Positions 18,596 to 28,289 of a stretch of 64,000 bases of DNA are shown in pieces. Source of the stretch: an uncultured bacterium (GTDB taxonomy: Bacteria > Fidelibacterota > Marinisomatia > Marinisomatales > JACNKV01). Made by a program: the position numbers and the translations under genes. How positions within the stretch are numbered: position 1 is the stretch's first letter; every line of letters starts with the position of its first letter. Below the pieces are notes generated by a model. It saw only the letters and a program-made list of their open reading frames with translations, ran no database searches and was not told the DNA's origin. The stretch spans positions 16,426 through 80,425 of the forward strand of contig CAYQZV010000006.1 of assembly GCA_964422145.1 (NCBI GenBank), given 5' to 3'.

Positions 18596-21045
18596 TGAAA
18601 AAATGGTGTTCAATTCTGATCCTGGTCTCAGCGGTTTTTGGTCAAAAAGTTCTGCTGAACCAAGCGGCGTTTGAAGAAATTCAATCGTTGCCGATCTCTG
18701 CTGAACAAGCCGAAGCGCTACATGATTATGTATTATTCCAGGGGCCGGTGACCAGCATATATGATCTGCTGGATATTCCCGAGATAGATGTTCACACGCT
18801 GGACATACTGAAACCGCTGGTGTCATTAGAAACTGAAACGGCAAAGGGAACGGAATCCCGCCTTCAGGATCAATATCGTAAAGTCGAGAACTGGACAAGC
18901 ACGGAAGGAGCCAACGAAGGCTTGATCGAAATCTGGCTGGACAGGCTGGCTGAACCGATCAATGTCAATGATGCGACGTATGATGATCTAATGTCCCTGC
19001 AAAATGTAAGTCCGGTGGATGCGGTAGCTGTGTTAAACCGTCAAAAAGAAGGCAGTATCGATTATCCGAAAGCATTACGAGGGGCGACGAATTTATCCTA
19101 CTGGGGATATAAAAACATGGCAGATTTTTTCACGTACGGTGAAACCGATCTGACTCAATCCCCCCACGTTTGGTATAACATGATCTATAAAACGATTCCC
19201 TCAACTAGATCATTCGATGAAGAAGCAAATATCACAATGCCGGTCGGCAGATATCCCGGGAACCTACAGCACAAGTTTTTATACACAAGCGGCAGTGTTT
19301 GGAAATTCGGATATGCCTATCATCGTCAACTTGGTGAACAAAACCGATACACCAAGCTGTTCAATTCCGTTAAAGTCCCTGATGGTAAATTTGCACTCAC
19401 ATTTCGGAATTTAACTTTCGGCAATATCAAAATTAATCGGCTGATCTTGGGGGATTTTTCCGCGACGATGGGACAGGGTGTTGTATTTGAAAGCACAGAT
19501 TTCTTCTCTCCGAGACGCTCCGGGTACGGTTGGAGCCGTCGGGTTGTCGGTGTTTTTCCTGACTTGTCAAGCACACACGAATATGCATTGCAAGGATTAG
19601 CAGTTCAAGCGTCCTCCGGGATGGTCCACGGATTTGCGTTTGTCTCAATGCATTCACGTGATGCCGTGATCAACGCTGACAGCACGTTTTCATCCCTGAT
19701 TACTTTATCTCCGCGGATAAACTATGGTTATTCGGGAGAGTTGGCTTATCCAATGATGGATCAGGTGAATGAACTGACCTACGGCGGAAACTTGAGACTA
19801 ACCTTTTCACCGGGATTGATGGTGGGGTTCTCATCCTATGAAAGTTTATATGACCGCGAACTCTCTCCGCAGATCACCCGAACTGTAATTGCAGCAGATG
19901 CCGAAGGGAAGTTTCTGACATCCATCGGTAATACAGCTGATACCGAAATTGCAGCGATGTATGCTTCGTCCGCAGAGTCACCGCTTTGGGATGATGCCTT
20001 ATCCATGCGAAGGGTATTTGGGATTGACTTCACAACAGTAATCAAGAATCTGGCCATTCAAGGTGAATACGGTATTCTGGATAAAGACGGGATTGTAGGT
20101 GACTTTTCCACCGATCCGCGGGCGCTTGTGTTCAGCGCTTATTTGCAGTTCAACAGTTTGAACATGCTGCTGGTCTATCGTGACTATGATCTTGAATTCG
20201 ATAACCCGTATCAGCGATCCTTTTCAAATTACCAGCGGTATAAAGGAACGATTTTTGAGGACACATTTTATTTAGAAGACCCAATCTTCGGATTGTTATA
20301 CAACGCATCTGCGCAGCCTCAGGCTGAACGCGGTATCTATTTTACAAGCCGGTATCAATTCCATCGTCAGTTTGTTGTTGCCACAGATTTTGATACATGG
20401 ACGCGTAATGCCGATCAGGCAAGATATTACCGGACGGTAGTCAAACTTCAGTATAGACCGGTATTTAATTATCGATTCAACATTCGCCAAAAATGGCAAA
20501 TACGTTCAGCGTATAATGAAATGGATCCGTCCAGATTTTATTCAAGAGAAACACTGATCCGTGCACAATTACGGATGTCCAGATACAACAGTCTGGAGCT
20601 TATTTATTCCAATTCAACAGTTGATTTTACCAGTCGCAGGAGATTAACAATTGACCCGTCCACCGGAAGAGCACCCGCATTGGTCGGCAGTGCTGGAACG
20701 GGCGGAGATGCCATAGGATTTAAACTTACCCATCATGTAAATGATCGATTCAAAGTATTAGGGCAGGTAATGGCTTACAATGGATTTGTCTGGAATTTTG
20801 AAGATACTGATTTCCGTATCTTCGATTCGTCAACCGATGCACTACGGTGGTGGATCGCAATGTTCTCAAGAATCGGAGATCATTGGGCGGTGAGGGTCAA
20901 ATGGACGACGGATTCATCTTTAGCGACGACGAATTATGCCTTTGCACCGGAAGATTCTGAAGCTTACGTGAGGGTTAATATGCCCGGATTAAACGGATTG
21001 AAAGAGTCATCCGATATAAGAATTCAAATTGACTACGCTTTTTAA
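18592..21045 (+). CDS. Outer-membrane beta-barrel protein with N-terminal ComEA-like helix-hairpin-helix motifs
   Basis: Signal peptide ..AVFG|QKVL. Two HhH-like units: LNQAAFEEIQSLPISAEQAEALHDYV.. and INVNDATYDDLMSLQNVSPVDAVAVLNRQKEGSI. About 600 aa of alternating Y/R/F-rich strands follow. The terminus IRIQIDYAF is an OMP beta-signal with terminal Phe. The start overlaps the previous stop (ATGA). Confidence 0.65.
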   Translation: MMKKWCSILILVSAVFGQKVLLNQAAFEEIQSLPISAEQAEALHDYVLFQGPVTSIYDLLDIPEIDVHTLDILKPLVSLETETAKGTESRLQDQYRKVENWTSTEGANEGLIEIWLDRLAEPINVNDATYDDLMSLQNVSPVDAVAVLNRQKEGSIDYPKALRGATNLSYWGYKNMADFFTYGETDLTQSPHVWYNMIYKTIPSTRSFDEEANITMPVGRYPGNLQHKFLYTSGSVWKFGYAYHRQLGEQNRYTKLFNSVKVPDGKFALTFRNLTFGNIKINRLILGDFSATMGQGVVFESTDFFSPRRSGYGWSRRVVGVFPDLSSTHEYALQGLAVQASSGMVHGFAFVSMHSRDAVINADSTFSSLITLSPRINYGYSGELAYPMMDQVNELTYGGNLRLTFSPGLMVGFSSYESLYDRELSPQITRTVIAADAEGKFLTSIGNTADTEIAAMYASSAESPLWDDALSMRRVFGIDFTTVIKNLAIQGEYGILDKDGIVGDFSTDPRALVFSAYLQFNSLNMLLVYRDYDLEFDNPYQRSFSNYQRYKGTIFEDTFYLEDPIFGLLYNASAQPQAERGIYFTSRYQFHRQFVVATDFDTWTRNADQARYYRTVVKLQYRPVFNYRFNIRQKWQIRSAYNEMDPSRFYSRETLIRAQLRMSRYNSLELIYSNSTVDFTSRRRLTIDPSTGRAPALVGSAGTGGDAIGFKLTHHVNDRFKVLGQVMAYNGFVWNFEDTDFRIFDSSTDALRWWIAMFSRIGDHWAVRVKWTTDSSLATTNYAFAPEDSEAYVRVNMPGLNGLKESSDIRIQIDYAF

Positions 21046-21057
21046 GCGGGTAAAAAC

Positions 21058-22419
21058 ATGAAGAAAGATAATATGAACATTCATCTGAAAACGCACTTAA
21101 AACCGGTAACCATCGGACTGATAATGATTTTATCACTGGTATCAGCTCAATCTTATTTTTCTTTGGTGGTTCCACCGAGTTTTGGGTCGAGATCAACTCA
21201 ATCGTTATCATTAGGAATGACCGGAACAGCCACGTCAACCGGACCGGATAATCTGTGGACAAATCCGGCAATGCTGCACACAGACAATCGGTTTTCCGTC
21301 ACCGTTAACGGAAGCCTTAGACGGTTTGATGAAAAGCGAGCTTATCCTGTCTATGATATGTTTGATGATGTTGCCATGATCAATACCTATGCTGCGAATC
21401 GGCATTGGTACTCTGATGTTGACGGTGGATTATTAATATCCCTGCCGAAAAATGCGGTGCTTGGTTTAGCCCGTTCGGTCTTTTGGGATTTTACCTACGA
21501 TTATGCTGAAGAAGTCAGAGGAAGCTTGCCGTCCGGGACATACAACCGTGATCCGCTGAGAGGATATCATGAGATAAACCGTTCCGGAAAGATCATATCA
21601 ACAGATATCGGATTAAGTGTGCCGGTTTTTTCAGGGATAAAATGGGGAATCGGCGTCCATCTCTTAGATGGAAGAGATATTCAGGATCGGTACGGGATTA
21701 CAGTATTAGACCCGGATGATGCACTGGCATCTGATTCAACATTCATCAGAGAAAGCGAGATTACACTTGATGAAAGTTCTACGATTTACACAACCGGGAT
21801 TGCTTTCACACCAAAAAATGGGTTGACGATCGGAATGTCATATCAATCGGGGACGGAAATAATATTAAAAGATTTATGGAGTCTTCCAGAAATCGATGAA
21901 TGGACACTGCTTCCGGGTTATAAAGATTTAACCAGTATCGAGGAAACCGGGTACGCAATCATGACACTCCCGGAGAAATTGACAATCGGGGTTGATGCGA
22001 CGCTGGCAAATCCGATTGTAACAAAAGCTGTCATGGAAGTCCATTATTGTGACTGGTCTGACTTTGAACAAGCCGTGTTCTATCCTGATACCGAAGAATT
22101 GACTGAAGTCCCATACACATTTCAGGAAACATGGGAAATCCATGGCGGGATTGAGCATGTGTTTCAAAACAAAATTCCATTCCGGTTCGGGTTTGTGTAT
22201 TCAGAATCACCGCTTGGGCAGGAATTTGAAACCACAAAAATCACGGCAGGCAGCGCATATCGTTGGGGGAAAGCCGTATTTGATTTTGGGATGACTTTTG
22301 GATCGGTACAATATTATTATCCCGACTTATTCAGAGCGGTTTCCGAGGAGCTGGAAGTGCTTGATCAAGTGAAGGAGTCAAACATAACTGCTGCATTTTC
22401 GTTAACCTATGAACTGTAA
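21058..22419 (+). CDS. Outer-membrane beta-barrel protein (PorV/FadL-like class)
   Basis: Signal peptide ..LVSA|QSYF. SLSLGMTGTATSTGPDNLWTNPAML resembles the NPAGL-type signature. Beta-rich, with C-terminal ..AAFSLTYEL. Confidence 0.5.
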   Translation: MKKDNMNIHLKTHLKPVTIGLIMILSLVSAQSYFSLVVPPSFGSRSTQSLSLGMTGTATSTGPDNLWTNPAMLHTDNRFSVTVNGSLRRFDEKRAYPVYDMFDDVAMINTYAANRHWYSDVDGGLLISLPKNAVLGLARSVFWDFTYDYAEEVRGSLPSGTYNRDPLRGYHEINRSGKIISTDIGLSVPVFSGIKWGIGVHLLDGRDIQDRYGITVLDPDDALASDSTFIRESEITLDESSTIYTTGIAFTPKNGLTIGMSYQSGTEIILKDLWSLPEIDEWTLLPGYKDLTSIEETGYAIMTLPEKLTIGVDATLANPIVTKAVMEVHYCDWSDFEQAVFYPDTEELTEVPYTFQETWEIHGGIEHVFQNKIPFRFGFVYSESPLGQEFETTKITAGSAYRWGKAVFDFGMTFGSVQYYYPDLFRAVSEELEVLDQVKESNITAAFSLTYEL

Positions 22420-24385
22420 ATCGGTGAAGATGTATCCACAAAAACTCAAAAACTCAGCCACTATTCTAACCGGATTAATCTGTGCTCTGCTGTTCACAAA
22501 CGATCTTAACGCAAAGACCGCAAAACTCCATCTCATTTTTACCAATGACATCCGCGGTTCGATTCATCAGACGCCGGCTTGGTTCATGAATCCCGAATTC
22601 GGTCCGATGCTCAGCGGAGGAGCCGGTGCATATCAATATGTCAATGATGTGCGCAAGGATGCAGAACGCAACTGCGAACATGTTCTGCTATTGGATGCAG
22701 GGAATCTTTTCCAGGGAACTCCGCTTGGAACACTGGATGGCGGTAAAACTATGATCAAATGGATGAACCAAATGGGATACGATGCTATCACTCCAGGATT
22801 AAAAGACTTTGATCAAGGTGCAGCCAACATAAAACAATGGGCAGAGATTGCTGATTTTCCAATCCTTTCCGGAAATATCATCGATGAACAATCAGGCAAA
22901 ACACCGGAATGGCTGACGCCGATCAGCTATAAAAAAATAGGTACGGTTACTGTAGGAATCATTGGATTAACACAAACGGAAATCCCGAATCAAACCCTTC
23001 CTCAAAATACAGAGGGATTCCATTTTCGTTCCGAAATCACCGCAATGAAAGAGTTGATTCGCGAAGCGAAATCCAATGGTGCGGATATCATCATCTCTCT
23101 TGCACATTTGGGAATTCCTTATGACAGAGAAGATGAGTTTGATGCACTGATATTGAGTTTAGAAGAAGGCGATACCCCTGAAGAAAAGATTGAAGGCTTG
23201 AATGCCATGGAGTTAGCTCATCGTGTTGGAGGAATTGATGTCATGGTTACCGGCGGTATTGCTAAAGGATATGACCATCCGTGGGAAGATCCGAAACATC
23301 ACACTTTGATTTTGCAGAATTACGGGAATTTGACCGGAATTGGTCATTTAGAATTATTGATCGATGAAGACTCAAAATCTGTTTCCGGATATGAATATCC
23401 GACCGATCGTGGGATGCTGATTACCTTACTTGAAGATGATATTCCGCCGAACAGTGACATGGCAAAGGCAATCCAAAATTGGGTTGAGCATGCAGAGGTT
23501 GAGTACAAAACGTCCCGACCATACGCTGAAAAAGAAAAATCTTCTGTTGATGATATACAAACACTGGATATGTATACGGTTCCGAAATTAGGACATGATG
23601 ATCGATTAGAGGTGATCACATGGAATTTAGAATGGTTTCCCGCCGCAAGTGATACTACGCTAAAAGCCGCTGCGGAGATCATACAAAAGTGGGGTGTGGA
23701 CATTGTTGCTTTACAGGAAATAAAAAACATTCGGGCGCTCTCAACGTTGATGGATTACCTCCCCGATCATGGATACGTGTTAAGTGAACAATCTTCATTT
23801 ATGGATCAGGCTATTGTCTATCGCAAAGATGTTTTAACGTGCACAGGGCAATACGAACCATTTACATTTAACGATTATTATTTTGCAGGACGTCCCCCGC
23901 TCATGGCTGATTTTATCTGGGAATCTAATGGAAGTCAGCGCCAGTTTTCCTTAGTGAACCTTCACTTAAAATGCTGCGGAGATGGTTTGTACAGACGACA
24001 AAAATCATTGGAACAACTTCATGATTATTTAAAAGAATTTGTTCTTCAGAAAAATGAGAATGTGATTGTAGTCGGGGACTGGAACGACCAACTTACCGAT
24101 AAAGGAATGGATCAATCCTTCACCGCTTTTTTAGATGATCCGGAGTATTTTCAGTTTGCCACGATGGAGATTGCAAGTGATACGTCGCAGGCATCGTATC
24201 CCAAATGGATCGTCCCCAGTATTTTAGATCATATCCTGTTCTCAAAAGGGTTTTATGATGAGCATGAATCCGGAGGTGATGTTCGCACATTGCGTATTGA
24301 AGATATTGTCGGCGGATGGGAGATTTATGAGGAGATTTTGTCGGATCACCGTCCCGTGTTTTGGAGTATCCCCATTTCTGATTAA
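22409..24385 (+). CDS. Secreted bifunctional 5'-nucleotidase/metallophosphoesterase :: endonuclease-exonuclease-phosphatase (EEP) nuclease fusion
   Basis: N-terminal half LHLIFTNDIRGS...LLLDAGNLFQGTP...GYDAITPGLKDFD...SLAHLG matches the UshA/calcineurin-like pattern. C-terminal half LEVITWNLEWF...VDIVALQEI...VNLHLKCCG...VVGDWND...LDHILFS...SDHRPVF matches EEP catalytic motifs. Met at 22430 is an alternative start. Confidence 0.85.
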   Translation: MNCKSVKMYPQKLKNSATILTGLICALLFTNDLNAKTAKLHLIFTNDIRGSIHQTPAWFMNPEFGPMLSGGAGAYQYVNDVRKDAERNCEHVLLLDAGNLFQGTPLGTLDGGKTMIKWMNQMGYDAITPGLKDFDQGAANIKQWAEIADFPILSGNIIDEQSGKTPEWLTPISYKKIGTVTVGIIGLTQTEIPNQTLPQNTEGFHFRSEITAMKELIREAKSNGADIIISLAHLGIPYDREDEFDALILSLEEGDTPEEKIEGLNAMELAHRVGGIDVMVTGGIAKGYDHPWEDPKHHTLILQNYGNLTGIGHLELLIDEDSKSVSGYEYPTDRGMLITLLEDDIPPNSDMAKAIQNWVEHAEVEYKTSRPYAEKEKSSVDDIQTLDMYTVPKLGHDDRLEVITWNLEWFPAASDTTLKAAAEIIQKWGVDIVALQEIKNIRALSTLMDYLPDHGYVLSEQSSFMDQAIVYRKDVLTCTGQYEPFTFNDYYFAGRPPLMADFIWESNGSQRQFSLVNLHLKCCGDGLYRRQKSLEQLHDYLKEFVLQKNENVIVVGDWNDQLTDKGMDQSFTAFLDDPEYFQFATMEIASDTSQASYPKWIVPSILDHILFSKGFYDEHESGGDVRTLRIEDIVGGWEIYEEILSDHRPVFWSIPISD

Positions 24386-25344
24386 TGGTGAAGATGGATC
24401 GTCGATTTAGATCACTTTTTGCACTGACTGTCTTATTATCTCTGGTAATCCTTATCAGTTGCGGATATCCAACCAAAACCGAAGATGATCTTCCTGAAAA
24501 TTTAGGATTATCATTTGGAGCATCCTCGACATTTGAAGTCATCTCATGGAATTTAGAGACCTTCCCAAAATCTTCAGAAACAGCTGATAGAGTTGCCGAT
24601 CTTATCCATGGGCTTGATGTGGATATTACGGGATTTCAAGAGATAGAAAGCTCAGTTGCTTTCGAACAGATTGTAAACCGACTAAACAACCTTTCAGATG
24701 ATCATTGGGTCGGGTATCGTGCCGGGTCTTCGAGCGGAACCGGGATGGAATTAGCGTACATTGTAAACAGTAGTCAGGTTGAAATTATACAACCTCCATT
24801 TGAAATTTATGTGAATGATAACAGAGAATTTCCGCGAGAACCGTATGTTCTTAGAGTCAGGGTGGATGGAGATGAAATTGTGATCATCAATAATCATTTG
24901 AAATGCTGCGGAAACGGAGAGATTGAATCTGACGAATGGGATGAAGAAACCCGACGCCGAGATGCAAATTCCCTTTTAGAAGAATATATTGACTACTCAT
25001 GGGATTCGACCAAGGTTATCGTTCTGGGTGATTTTAATGATGAGATCAATGAATCAGAATCGGATAATGTATTTTGGAATTTCATTTCTAATTCAAATAC
25101 GTTTAAATTTGTAGATATGAGTATAGCCGAAGGACATACATCAGGGTTTTCGTATCCGACTTGGCCCAGCCATATTGATCATATATTGATCACGAACGAA
25201 TTATTTGATGAGTTTGAATCAGAAAGTTCCTTCGTGACAACCATACAAATTGATGATGGTTTAGAGAACGGCTGGACGGAATATGATACACATATTTCCG
25301 ATCATCTTCCGGTTGGATGGAGGTTTAGCATTGAGACTGAATAA
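24385..25344 (+). CDS. EEP-family nuclease/phosphatase lipoprotein
   Basis: Lipobox VILISCGYP. EEP motifs FEVISWNLETF...VDITGFQEIE...INNHLKCCG...VLGDFNDE...IDHILIT...SDHLPV. The start codon shares a base with the previous stop (TAATG). Confidence 0.85.
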   Translation: MVKMDRRFRSLFALTVLLSLVILISCGYPTKTEDDLPENLGLSFGASSTFEVISWNLETFPKSSETADRVADLIHGLDVDITGFQEIESSVAFEQIVNRLNNLSDDHWVGYRAGSSSGTGMELAYIVNSSQVEIIQPPFEIYVNDNREFPREPYVLRVRVDGDEIVIINNHLKCCGNGEIESDEWDEETRRRDANSLLEEYIDYSWDSTKVIVLGDFNDEINESESDNVFWNFISNSNTFKFVDMSIAEGHTSGFSYPTWPSHIDHILITNELFDEFESESSFVTTIQIDDGLENGWTEYDTHISDHLPVGWRFSIETE

Positions 25345-26296
25345 ATACATCATCATTTTTACTGTACTTTTTTCACTGGGATTTTCACAAACATCACAGG
25401 AAACAGCTTACATCAAATATTTTAAAAACGATTTAGATTTTTTATCCGACATTACGATGATGGCCACGGATCGGCATCAGCAATCGCATTTGATTGTATC
25501 ATACAATGAGGATAATCTTCCGATCTTTATCGTTCATGTTTCAGCATCTCATGATACCTTGAAACGAGAAGTTTTGACCCACACATCTGAACATCTGTTG
25601 AAACAGAAAATATGTTATGATTCTGAGAAAACCTTAGTTAAGATCGTTCAGTTCGGAAGCGACGAACCGTGGAGTCAGGCATTCCGGTATACCATGGAGC
25701 AGGCAAGTCAGAAAGGATATTTTTCAGGGCAGCAAACCCAGTTTTTATTTTACCCAACAGGAAAACTACACCGAATAGATTTTTATCTGATAGACGGAAC
25801 ATCTTACGGTCAGATCCTTTTCATTTATGAGTCAACCGGAATGATCATGGAAGAAGTATGGAAGGAATTACCGAGTCATGTAGTCCTTCGCAGGTTTGTA
25901 TATGAAACGGTAACTCCACCTAAAATCAGACAAGTGTGGGAATATAATCGGCAAGACAGTTTAGTCAGTCATGTTGCATTAGAAATGGCACCGGAAGATC
26001 AGCTTTACCACCAAGACTTTCCAAAATCAGGAAATATTTTGGATGAAGCACAAATCATTTTGGATGATCTCAGAGACTCCCGAGTCGTATCGTTGATCCC
26101 TGAACGAATTCCTCAAACCGTGTGGGATGTGATGGTGTTAAATACAGGAGAGGTTTTGGAGATTGAGTATCTGGGCCAAAATGAGCATGGATTTATCATC
26201 CGAATGAGGAATGATGAATCTGTGTTGACGATCCCGTCGGCGACCATAAAAACGATCACATCCAAATGGGGAGAAAATATCTTTCCCGGGAATTAA
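25331..26296 (+). CDS. Hypothetical secreted protein
   Basis: ORF with signal peptide ..FSLGFS|QTSQ when started at TTG 25331. The track ATG at 25283 lies inside the preceding gene. No recognisable family. Confidence 0.4.
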   Translation: MRLNKYIIIFTVLFSLGFSQTSQETAYIKYFKNDLDFLSDITMMATDRHQQSHLIVSYNEDNLPIFIVHVSASHDTLKREVLTHTSEHLLKQKICYDSEKTLVKIVQFGSDEPWSQAFRYTMEQASQKGYFSGQQTQFLFYPTGKLHRIDFYLIDGTSYGQILFIYESTGMIMEEVWKELPSHVVLRRFVYETVTPPKIRQVWEYNRQDSLVSHVALEMAPEDQLYHQDFPKSGNILDEAQIILDDLRDSRVVSLIPERIPQTVWDVMVLNTGEVLEIEYLGQNEHGFIIRMRNDESVLTIPSATIKTITSKWGENIFPGN

Positions 26297-26369
26297 AGCA
26301 TTTTATCTTGTTGTAGATAAAATTGATGTACGGTAAATTGACTGCATAATTTTCATAAAAGACAATCGT

Positions 26370-27143
26370 ATGAGAACAAAATTATCTATTATTATGATCA
26401 CAGCAGCCTGTACGTTTTTACAGGCTCAAGCAACCAGCTATCCGCCCCCGGTTGATCTCATCACACTCCCAACTGCAGGGACATTAGTCCGCGGAAGTTA
26501 TGTCATTGACCTCCGTTTACAAAAAGGCGGCGGGCTTACGCTGGGATTAGCCGTTGGAATTACCGACCGGTTTCAATTCGGGCTGTCTTACGGTGCCAGT
26601 TTTTTGATCGGCGACAGTTTAGCCGTTCCGTATCCGCGTCCTGAAGCCAATATCAAATATCGCCTTGTTGATGAATCGGTTTCAATGCCGGGGATTTCTT
26701 TGGGATTGAATACACAAGGGACCGGCGCATATCATGATGAAGATCATCTCCAAAGATATGATACCAAAGCCCAGGGACTCTTTTTAGTCCTCAGCAAAAA
26801 TTGGAAATCACCCTTTGGAAATTTCGGATTGCATGCCGGGACCAATTATAATTTTTTAGAGGTCAAAGATGAGGATAAAGATCTGAATCTGTTCTTTGGG
26901 ACTGATTTCGAATTCAATCCGGAATTATCGCTGTTGATCGAGTATAATGCTGCATTAAATGAAAATGATATGACAGCTCAAACAATCGCGCTGAACCGCG
27001 GTGGTTATTTGAATGCAGCGATCCGATGGACTTTTGTAGAACATTTGCACTTAGAATTTGATTTTAACAATCTGCTGTTTGATAAAGACAAAGTTCAATA
27101 TTTTAACCGGGAATTAAAAATCACATACATTGAATATTTTTAA
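26370..27143 (+). CDS. Small outer-membrane beta-barrel protein, unknown family
   Basis: Signal peptide ..FLQA|QATS. Alternating amphipathic strands. C-terminus KITYIEYF is a terminal aromatic beta-signal. Confidence 0.5.
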   Translation: MRTKLSIIMITAACTFLQAQATSYPPPVDLITLPTAGTLVRGSYVIDLRLQKGGGLTLGLAVGITDRFQFGLSYGASFLIGDSLAVPYPRPEANIKYRLVDESVSMPGISLGLNTQGTGAYHDEDHLQRYDTKAQGLFLVLSKNWKSPFGNFGLHAGTNYNFLEVKDEDKDLNLFFGTDFEFNPELSLLIEYNAALNENDMTAQTIALNRGGYLNAAIRWTFVEHLHLEFDFNNLLFDKDKVQYFNRELKITYIEYF

Positions 27144-27156
27144 TTAAGGAGGAACA

Positions 27157-27684
27157 ATGAAAAGAGGAATAGTAGTTATACTCATAGCGCTCATTACTGT
27201 CATGGGATTAAACGCCCAGGCTGTTGTGGGTGAAAAAGCCCCTGAATGGACATTCAACGATGCTGACGGAAAAGCATTCACAATGGATTCCTGGCCGGGG
27301 AAAATCCTTCAGATCAATTATGTTGATCCGGATGAATCAGAGTTAAATGAGCATTTTAATGGTGCCGTCAAATATGCCATTGACAGTTTGAAAACCATTG
27401 ATCGTGCGACGTTCAAAGGATTCGGTATTGTCGATTGTGCAGCAACTTGGAAACCGGATTTTCTTATCCGGAAGATTGCCGGTGCAAAAGCCAAAAAGTT
27501 TGACACGACGATTTTATTTGACTATGATGCAGAGCTGCGGAAATCATGGAATCTAAAAGAAGATTCTTACAATATCATCCTTGTGGATCAGGACAGAGTT
27601 GTCCGTGCGGTGATTAAAGATAAAATCGCTGAAGATGACGTACAAAAATACATTCAGCTGATCATCGATCTTCAAAAAAAATAA
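27157..27684 (+). CDS. Periplasmic thioredoxin-fold protein without CXXC (YtfJ-like)
   Basis: Signal peptide ..GLNA|QAVV. GEKAPEWTFNDADGKAFTMDSWPGKILQINYVDPD resembles the AhpC/TSA-like N-terminus, but no redox Cys pair is present. Confidence 0.45.
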   Translation: MKRGIVVILIALITVMGLNAQAVVGEKAPEWTFNDADGKAFTMDSWPGKILQINYVDPDESELNEHFNGAVKYAIDSLKTIDRATFKGFGIVDCAATWKPDFLIRKIAGAKAKKFDTTILFDYDAELRKSWNLKEDSYNIILVDQDRVVRAVIKDKIAEDDVQKYIQLIIDLQKK

Positions 27685-27704
27685 CGACTGATTTCTAACA
27701 AAGG

Positions 27705-28262
27705 ATGTCTGACTTGAAGGAGACCAAGCTCTCCGAGACGCACATATACAAAGGCACCCTTTTAGATGTTTGGCGGGACGAGGTGCGGTTGCCCGACGAT
27801 CGCACCTCCATCCGAGAATATATAAAACACCCCGGCGCAGTTGTCATTCTGCCGGTTCTCCCCGATAACAAGATTGTCTTCATCCGCCAATTCCGATATT
27901 CGGTTGGAAAGGAATTTATTGAGCTCCCTGCAGGGAAATTAGACCCTGGAGAGAACAGAAAAGATTCCGCTCGGCGCGAACTAAAAGAGGAAACTGGATA
28001 CCGGGCAGAAAAGTGGACGGAATTAACGGAAATCCACCCCTGCATTGGATACAGCGATGAAAGCATCTGGCTGTTTCTTGCAGAGGATTTAACTGCGTCT
28101 CAGCAGCAAATGGATCATGATGAGTTTATTGAAATCATCCCTACGACATTAGACGATGCAGTTGAAATGGTTAAGAGTGGAGAGATCACAGATGCGAAGA
28201 CCATCGTTGGGATTCTATGGGCAAATTCATATTTACAACATTTATTGAAATATCGTAGATAA
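27705..28262 (+). CDS. nudF: ADP-ribose pyrophosphatase (Nudix hydrolase)
   Basis: Nudix box GKLDPGENRKDSARRELKEETGY. N-terminal region is typical of the ADPRase subfamily (..REYIKHPGAVVILPV..). Confidence 0.85.
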   Translation: MSDLKETKLSETHIYKGTLLDVWRDEVRLPDDRTSIREYIKHPGAVVILPVLPDNKIVFIRQFRYSVGKEFIELPAGKLDPGENRKDSARRELKEETGYRAEKWTELTEIHPCIGYSDESIWLFLAEDLTASQQQMDHDEFIEIIPTTLDDAVEMVKSGEITDAKTIVGILWANSYLQHLLKYRR

Positions 28263-28289
28263 AATTTATGTAATTTTCGCGCCGCGACC

